DNA of 63,060 nucleotides, the filler included, from Streblomastix strix (lineage: Eukaryota): NCBI GenBank assembly GCA_008636045.1. It is 3 parts of 3 records of this genome, joined end to end, with 100 filler letters (N's around TTAATTAATTAA, not from the genome) between each part and the next. Parts side by side here need not be neighbours in the genome. Positions count along the whole stretch, not along the records: positions 42,117 to 63,060 come from SNRW01000405.1; 2 more parts are not named here. One strand, 5' to 3'. Below are positions 55,167 to 63,060 of the stretch, piece after piece. Within the stretch, counting starts at the first letter, position 1. The number at the start of each line of letters is the position of its first letter. The position numbers and the translations under genes were made by a program. Under the pieces are notes generated by a model. That model saw only the letters and a list, made by a program, of their open reading frames with translations, was not told where the DNA came from and made no database searches.

Positions 55167-56504
55167 TCAATTATTTTTTATTCCCTGTTCAAAATAGATT
55201 ATGAAATAGTATATACAAATGATTAAGATGAAATAGTATCGATAAGTAATATCCCATATGATAATTATAATACAGTTGAGGTAAGTAATTATTTATTCTT
55301 AACAGATAATCAAATCAATGATTATAAAGCTAATACTAAAATAGTCAGCGACAAAAATTAATATATTAAATAAATGAAATAACTTAGTAACTGTTAATGT
55401 ATGAAACATAATACAAGGATAGCAAGAGAAGCTGAAGAATATAGATATCCATAATTTGAAATGGATAATTATCTTTGATTATTATTTTTGTTAACAATTT
55501 AAAATGTGTTTATATTTAATAATTTTATTTAAATAAAATTCACCCAAAATATTTTAATCGCAAACCAAGCTAAATCAATCTGGGCAAGTTAGAGTACCCT
55601 AATGTAATTATATCATTTTCAAATTTTAGACCTATTCATTTTACTATTTAATTAATATTTTCATAAATATTTATTCTATATCACATGACTCGGTTATTCC
55701 TTACCATTTCCTTTCCACATTTTCTTTATTTGTACCATTAATTTTAATTTTTTATTATCATTATTTTGTAGACTTCACTTTTGAGCCATTGTCATGACAC
55801 CAACTGCACCATAGCATGTTTCTGAGTACAAATTAGTCGACTGTTTGCAATTTTCCATCTTTGAGGTGTCCAAATAGTGCACCCACGCGGACGCTTCCGG
55901 ATTGCATCATAATTCATTATCATCTTTTTTCAAATGATCGACCCCTTGAAATGGACAGCTCAAGGGAGCATCCATGCCCAAAGTCTCATTTGGCAATCTC
56001 AAAATAAAAAGAGTAAGCTGGAGTCTCCTACGGATATGTACTATAAAAATCTCCGCAAAGAAATGAATAATTATGTCTAAATTTCATGTAATAAATTTTT
56101 TTTTTAAAAATTATTAAAAATTTTTCATTAATAATTTATTAAAATATTCTTAATAAATTTTTTCAAGTATAACTCCCATACAAAGCTATTTTAGAGATGC
56201 TTTATTATTATATTTATCATAAATTAAATAAAAATATTTATTTCTTCTAATATTTTTGCTAATAAACATTTAGATATTTCTAACGAATAATAAATAAACA
56301 TACATAAAACATCATTACATTCAATCTTTAATTTTTATTTTTTGAAAGATTATTGATGCATATTCACTTTTTTATATCATTTTTTTCTATTATCTACCAT
56401 TGAACTTCTTGCTTAGTGTTATTTTTTTTTTAGAACTTAATTTTTCATTTCCTAGTTTATTAATAATTTATTTTTTTATAAATTTATCAGAATAAGCTTA
56501 AATT

Positions 56505-59500
56505 ATGAGTTTATTCATTATTTTGCTATTAACAACTACATGCTTTTCTGATTCGATAATATACATCAAGGATCCTAAACTAATTAGCGAAAATCCACCG
56601 CAAGCAATGGTTTCGCCCTGTGGAACTATTGAAATTCCTTGTTAAACAATTGGCAATGCTCTTCTATAAGTTGACAACACGACACAGTGGACAATACTAG
56701 CTGATAACGGCAACTACGTAGAGAATTTATCAGATGCTAGTCTTTTCAGAAACAAATTAATAGGACACAATGTCATTTTTTCAGGTGAATCAATTTTATT
56801 CTCAACATTTCGCAGCGCCATATCACTTGGCACTACTCCAATAGAAAACATAGTAGTGCATCTGACATAAAACAGCCAATTCTCTGCAAATAACGCAACT
56901 CTAGTAAACGAAAACATTGAACGAGGAGTTTCAACATCAAAAAGTAACTTCCATCCTTTCTTCTTAGTCGAATCGGATTGTAAACTTGAGATAAATAACT
57001 GTAGTGTGACTTTCTACAAAAATACTGAATAAGATGCTGTTGCTTCGCCTTTTGTACTGATAACTGTTCCTTCTATTAATCATGATATTGATCCTGATAA
57101 TCCAACTGATCCTGGCAATAACCCATAAGATCCTGATACACCGTAAGACCCAGATCATACAATTTAACCAATTAATACATTAAAATATAATACACTACTT
57201 AATTATAAGCATAACAACAACAACAATAAACTAAATAACAATCCATCCAATTAACCTGATAATGATGAAATTATACCAACAGTATATATATACAATTCCA
57301 ACTTTAGCAGACTCAACTACATACAGGAGGACATCATCAAATCTCAATTTCCACACGATTTTAACTCAAGTTCAATTTACATTCTAATCAAACATACATA
57401 ATTCACAGATATCTCTATAAGAGGAGGATCAATTATCAATTGTGAAGATAAAGGAATTCTTCAGATATAAGGATGGTCATTCAATAATATTCAATTAATT
57501 GGAGAAGCTTATCTGAATACTTTAGTGAAAAGTAACGCTATGAATGTGTATGTTTGCGCGGTGAGGAAAATTAAAGGGAAATTGGTCATAGAATAAGATT
57601 AAACACCTAGTAATAAATTATAGGTTAGTAATAATAGATAATAAACAGTGAGTTTCATCTCAGATAAGAAATAAACTTATAATTAATAATCTAATAATTA
57701 ATAATTAAATTAATAATAGTCATTATTATAAGCAAATGATTTCCAACTAGTATCACTAATCCAAGTAAAAGGAGTAAGTGAATTCCAAATACAAGGAGTA
57801 ATAACAACAATTACTTCCAATACTAGCTAATAAAGCGTAATTCTCTATTAGAATGATGGAGAAGAAGAATAAATGAGTGTTATAAATGGGTTAATATCAA
57901 ATAATGAGTTCATCTCTGGTATATAAGGGATTAATGGTGAATTCTCGATTATTAAGATTGAATCTTATGGGAATTAGTTGTAAGTTAACCGGGATATTAT
58001 TATTGAGAATTGCATATTTAGGGACTTCACGTTTGAATTGCCATATTAAGGAGCGATTCGATCGGAAGATATGACTTCAACTTCATAACTGTCAAAATAA
58101 TAATAATAATCATTAATTAATTCACAATCAAACAATTTAATCTCTCCAAATACCAATCCTCAACAAATAAACGACGATCCACCACGATTATACCAGAGTA
58201 ACCTAACCATTACTAAATGCAGTTTTAATAATATAACAATATCAACATCATCATCTTCATCTCATACAGCTTATCTTTCTCCATCACTTGTAACATCAAC
58301 AAATAAAGAAGAGATCCTCATTTTTGTAATTGATAATTAGATAAGGGAGCTTTTCATGTCTTCGACAGCAGATATAATCACAGGATCGAATAAAATAGGT
58401 CAAGCATCTGGTATATATAAGAAAGGAGGATGTTTGTGTATAGGACCAACGTAAATAGGAAATAATAATGGCGTTAATGATATAGGAAAGAATACAGAAA
58501 AATTAGAATTGTTTGGAGTTTTGCGTTAAAATGAATCAAACCTATTTTTGGCTTCTGGTGCAATTACTGCTGAGAATTGTGATAGTGTAGTGATCAGATC
58601 AATTGCATTCAGTAATGCATACATTGGTGGTAGTCAAACTGCTCTGATTAAGATCATTGACACAAAAGAAACACAGTAATAATACTATTATTCAAATAAT
58701 GATAATTCAAATATTGATATAAATGATGATAATAATAATTATAAATATAATAATAATAAATTAATTCATAGAAATAGCTTTTAAAGCAACAGCAATGAAA
58801 GAAAAGTAGAATTATATAACATCAATTTCGAGATCAATAAGATTTTCAGTAATGATGTGGGATCTTTAATTGGAATTCAATTGGGTAGAAATGAAAATGA
58901 ATAAATTTCATCACTTTTCTCAATTAGTATAATTTCATGCATATTCAACAATATAGGTTTTTCATCAAATGGATGTTTTATTATATCAACCAGAAGATTA
59001 GACGAAACAATTACTGATACTTTCTTATCTGGTTTAACTATATAGAACTCATAGATAAAGAATTGCCAATATTTAGGAAATTAAACTCAGTAATAATTAA
59101 CTGAAAAAGAAGATTTCACTCTAATTTCGCTGAAATAAATAAATTTAGGCAAAATATCGATTCAATCAACGCAAATACAATCAATAAATATGAATCCTGC
59201 TCCATTAGCAATATTGATTATTGATTGTGCTTGAGTAGTTGAATTCAAACAGTTGACAATATACGTAATTGAACAGTGCAGAACTGGCATTTTGATAAGA
59301 TAATCCTCTATTAGTTTATCTGAATTAATAATAAATTAGTAATAATAATAGTGGTTGTAATAATAATAATAATCTAATCAATAATAACAATAATCTAATA
59401 TAGTTCAAACTCCCTGGGAAATCACACAGTGCAAATTCCAATCAATCAATTTCAATCCACCTTCATCATAATAATAGTAATAATCACTGATATAAGGAGA

Positions 59501-62500
59501 CAATTCTTCATTTTACTCATTCCTTTCATTCCCACATTGCAATTTACATTAAATAAATATATAAAACACAGAATTTACTAATATTTCAGTCATAAANNNN
59601 NNNNNNNNNNNNNNNNNNNNNNNNNNNNNNNNNNNNNNNNNNNNNNNNNNNNNNNNNNNNNNNNNNNNNNNNNNNNNNNNNNNNNNNNNNNNNNNNAATA
59701 ATAGTAATAATCACTGATATAAGGAGACAATTCTTCATTTTACTCATTCCTTTCATTCCCACATTGCAATTTACATTAAATAAATATATAAAACACAGAA
59801 TTTACTAATATTTCAGTCATAAATGAGAAATAAAGCCAGAAAATTGGTGCTTTGATTGGAGATGGAGCAAGCGTGAGTAATTAATATGGTTAAAACAGTG
59901 AAATTTGTTCTTCTTAGTAAATATAATAATCATAAGCAAATTCTATTATGAAACTTACTTCATGTACTTTCAATGATATCACATTATAATATTCTGATAT
60001 GATCAGAATTATTAATACAAATGAACTTAATATTCAAGGATGCATTTTGGGAAGTATCAGTTATTAGAGAACTGCTTATATTAATGAGAAAGTACAATTA
60101 GAAATGAATTTAGATAAAAATGATTAAGAGAGTAATATTAATTTAAATAATATAAACATAATTAAATCTAAATAGATCAAGTTATCTAATGCAGGATTGC
60201 CTTCATATGCAATATTTAATAAAGTTAATGGTGGAATTCTGAATATAAATGGGATTACACAATAAACAATAACTCCTATATTACAATAATAATCAATATA
60301 TACTTCATCTAATTAAAATAATAACAAAAATCTTAATCAATCTTCTCCAAAAATAAATTAATAAACAAATTCATAATACAAATCAATTTCCCATTCAAAT
60401 GCTGATCCAATAATTTCCATATTTCCTGGAATTAGTGTTATTCTCTCATAAATGGCTGATCAAATCAATATTCAGAACATTCAATTATTGTAGGTTAATA
60501 TTGATATGGATTTGAATGGTAGATTAGATAAGAAAGACTGGGGAATTGTATATGTGAAAACTAAGAACTAAAATTCAGTTACTTATTAATAGTAATAATT
60601 ATATTAATCTAATATTAATTCACAATCAGGAATCGATACTAATTAATATCCATAACAGAAGTTTAAATCTGCTTCAATTTCAAATACAAATTCAATTACT
60701 ATATCTTCAATATAATTGCAATATCTTAATGCACTTCCGCAAGTTACTAATATCAATGATGGAATTATGGGAAGTTTAGTTAAAATTGTTGGAGATGAAA
60801 GTTCCAATATTTAAACATAATAATCAGAATCATAATCAGAATCATTCTAATAATAATCTAATTCTTTATAAACATCTATATCTTATTAATTAACGCATTC
60901 AAATGTTGTAACTCCTCCAACATATTCTGTTTCAATATCCAATATCCAATTAAATAAACACAGCAATATTATCGCATTTTGTTCATTGATATGTATTTCA
61001 TCTTCTTCCTCGTAACTGTAATCTTCTTCATCTTCATCATATACTAATTTACCATATACACACTTTTCACAAATAAATATATAGAATATCCTGTTAACCA
61101 ATGGACAAGATAATATATTGACATTACCTACTGCCATTGAGATGTATCTTCAGTATGATAATTCGATTGAGAAAATGAATTAAGTTGCTATTGATAATGT
61201 AAAGTTCATGAATCCTGCGACAACTAAATAGAGCTTGATATATGTTGAATTGAAAGGAAGAGAAAATTCAACTTCTTATTAATAAAGAAATAATGAATAG
61301 AATAATTAATAAGAACATTAATCTTTATCTTAATAATAATAAATTAAGACTCATAATGCTAATTCAGTTAATGTAATTACAATCTAAAACTCTGATTTCA
61401 ACCAATCTTTAGAATCAAATACACAGAACTTTCCATTCATTTACGTGTTTGATAGTACACCAAAATCATCGACAAATACATAATAAAAATCATAAACTAA
61501 TAAAATTCAATAAAATAACTTAAACACTTCATAGCTATAATAATAATCAAATTCCCATATAAATGCTCCGTCATCAAGTTCCTCGCCTTTATAACTCACA
61601 CTCTATAAAGTTCTTATCAATTAAATTACAATCAAAGGTTAAGGAAATTATTTTGATTCAACAACATAATAAGCAATTGTTGTCCATAGTTTGAATACAT
61701 TTGAAGATTAGAACAATTTGAACTAAATTACTGTATCTAATTGTTAATTCAATGGTATAATTCTGCAACAATACAACACATCAATTATATACACAAACAA
61801 CATTGATATCTTTGTTATCAATGATAACACAACATTCAGCAACATTAAGATTAATTATGACAAAGGGAACTCGTTGTATTAAACACGAAAATCTCCGTTT
61901 CTTTTCTCCAGAAGCGAAAATTCACAAAGCAACAAGTCAACGGGGACCATTTAATTAAATCAAGTGAAATTCGAATAAATCAAACTTTTAATGCCTTCAG
62001 TTCTGAATGGAAAAGAGTCTCTTATAAATATCTCATATTATAAATAGGCCATTTTAGATGGAGTAAATTTCACATAAATCAATTAATAAAAGTTAAATTA
62101 TATTGAGAATGATAACAGCAAAGAAGGAGGAAGTTTGATTTCCATTCTTCATACTTAATATTCTGATATTAAGAACATAGAAGTTGATAATTGCTAAAAT
62201 GATCAATTCATGTTTATATAAGCGTAACTATATTAGGGTGAAAGAGATATAAATTTGACTAGAATAAATATATAAAATATTAATCTGAAGGACTCTTTGC
62301 TTTATGGTGGAATATATATTATTGAATTATATGGGCCAACTTTGAATTAAAATATAGATAGTAATGAATAAAATAAAGATTTAAATTAAAATTAATATAT
62401 TAAGATAAATAATTAATAATAAGAATCAAACGCATTAACTCTTCCAGATCCTTCATTCACACTCAAAGAAATATCCTTCATTAAATTCCAATCATTTGAT

Positions 62501-63060
62501 CCATGTATTTTTGTTAACATATCATCATCATCACTATATTCAACAACTACAGCATAGAAATAATAATAACATATCCTATGTTAACTGAATGATGTTATTA
62601 TCAACGAATGTATTCTGCTAATGAGACAACAGTTCCCCAAATTAAATTCGAAATTATAATCAAATTCTAATAAATAATCTAAAATGTAGTAAAATTATAT
62701 AACCAATGCCATTCCATTTGCTCCATCACTACAATCTTCTTCATTCTTCAATTTAATTGGATATAATAACTATAATTATAACTAATAATAACCAATTGAA
62801 AATTAGATGGGATCTATTTTTGTACTAAATGATTGCAAAGTTCTGAATATTGATATGGGTAAAAGTGTATAAGTTGAATTAACTGATCTAATTATTGAAT
62901 AAATGAAAAATGATTATAAATAAAATGATAATATTAATAATATATAAGAAACTAAATAAATTTCAAATTCATAATCAAATGCTGCTCCCGAACTATATAC
63001 ATCATCAATAATAACAATTAAAGATTGCATATAAGTTGAATTGAATAATTTTGAATTTAA
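56505..63060 (+). CDS. Large secreted/surface protein, pectin-lyase/right-handed beta-helix type, 3' incomplete
   Basis: Signal-like MSLFIILLLTTTCFS, CGTIEIPCQTIGNA motif, recurrent IxNCxF-type units, Pro-Asp linker and poly-Gln inserts. In-frame TGA at 59232; spans a scaffold gap. Confidence 0.65.
59597..59696. other. Scaffold gap with overlapping flanks
   Basis: 100 N. About 126 bp before the gap is repeated immediately after it. Confidence 0.9.

Larger units (their letters stand above)
48660..55480. mobile_element. Second, divergent endogenous Polinton-like virus fragment (structural module)
   Basis: Six genes homologous to contig-1 viral genes, plus an additional fibre gene. Boundaries approximate. 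Confidence 0.85.

Noticed and set aside
59471..59823. ~126-bp direct repeat around the N gap
   Set aside because: Overlap of scaffolded contig ends, i.e. an assembly artefact.
7347..61137. Short hydrophobic ORFs in the supplied track
   Set aside because: Mostly antisense or off-frame shadows of TAR=Gln genes. Only a few (e.g. 21889, 49358, 53771, 54474) are fragments of real frames.

Overview
The window is three unrelated ~21 kb contigs (1-20959, 21060-42016, 42117-63060) joined by artificial N44-TTAATTAATTAA-N44 linkers. The source is a very AT-rich eukaryote that reads TAA/TAG as Gln, with TGA the only stop. The gene families suggest an oxymonad such as Streblomastix (inference). The supplied standard-code ORF track is therefore mostly artefact. 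Contig 1 is almost entirely a decaying endogenous Polinton/Maverick-like DNA virus: pPolB with an internal HNH-like domain, putative major and minor capsid proteins, packaging ATPase, RVE integrase, two HNH nucleases, a fibre-like gene broken by a Tc1/mariner-type MITE, an adenovirus-protein-VI-like peptide, and about 9 copies of a ~34 bp motif that brackets gene blocks in alternating orientation. Contig 2 holds host genes: an in-frame CYB5D1-ATG7 chimera, a ~5,400-codon CCDC162-like gene and a divergent homeodomain gene. Contig 3 holds a SPRY-like gene, a degenerate DIRS retrotransposon, a second divergent fragment of the same virus family (fibre, pVI-like peptide, capsid and other shared genes) and a large secreted beta-helix-type protein gene. 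All translations and motif calls were made by eye; no searches were run.
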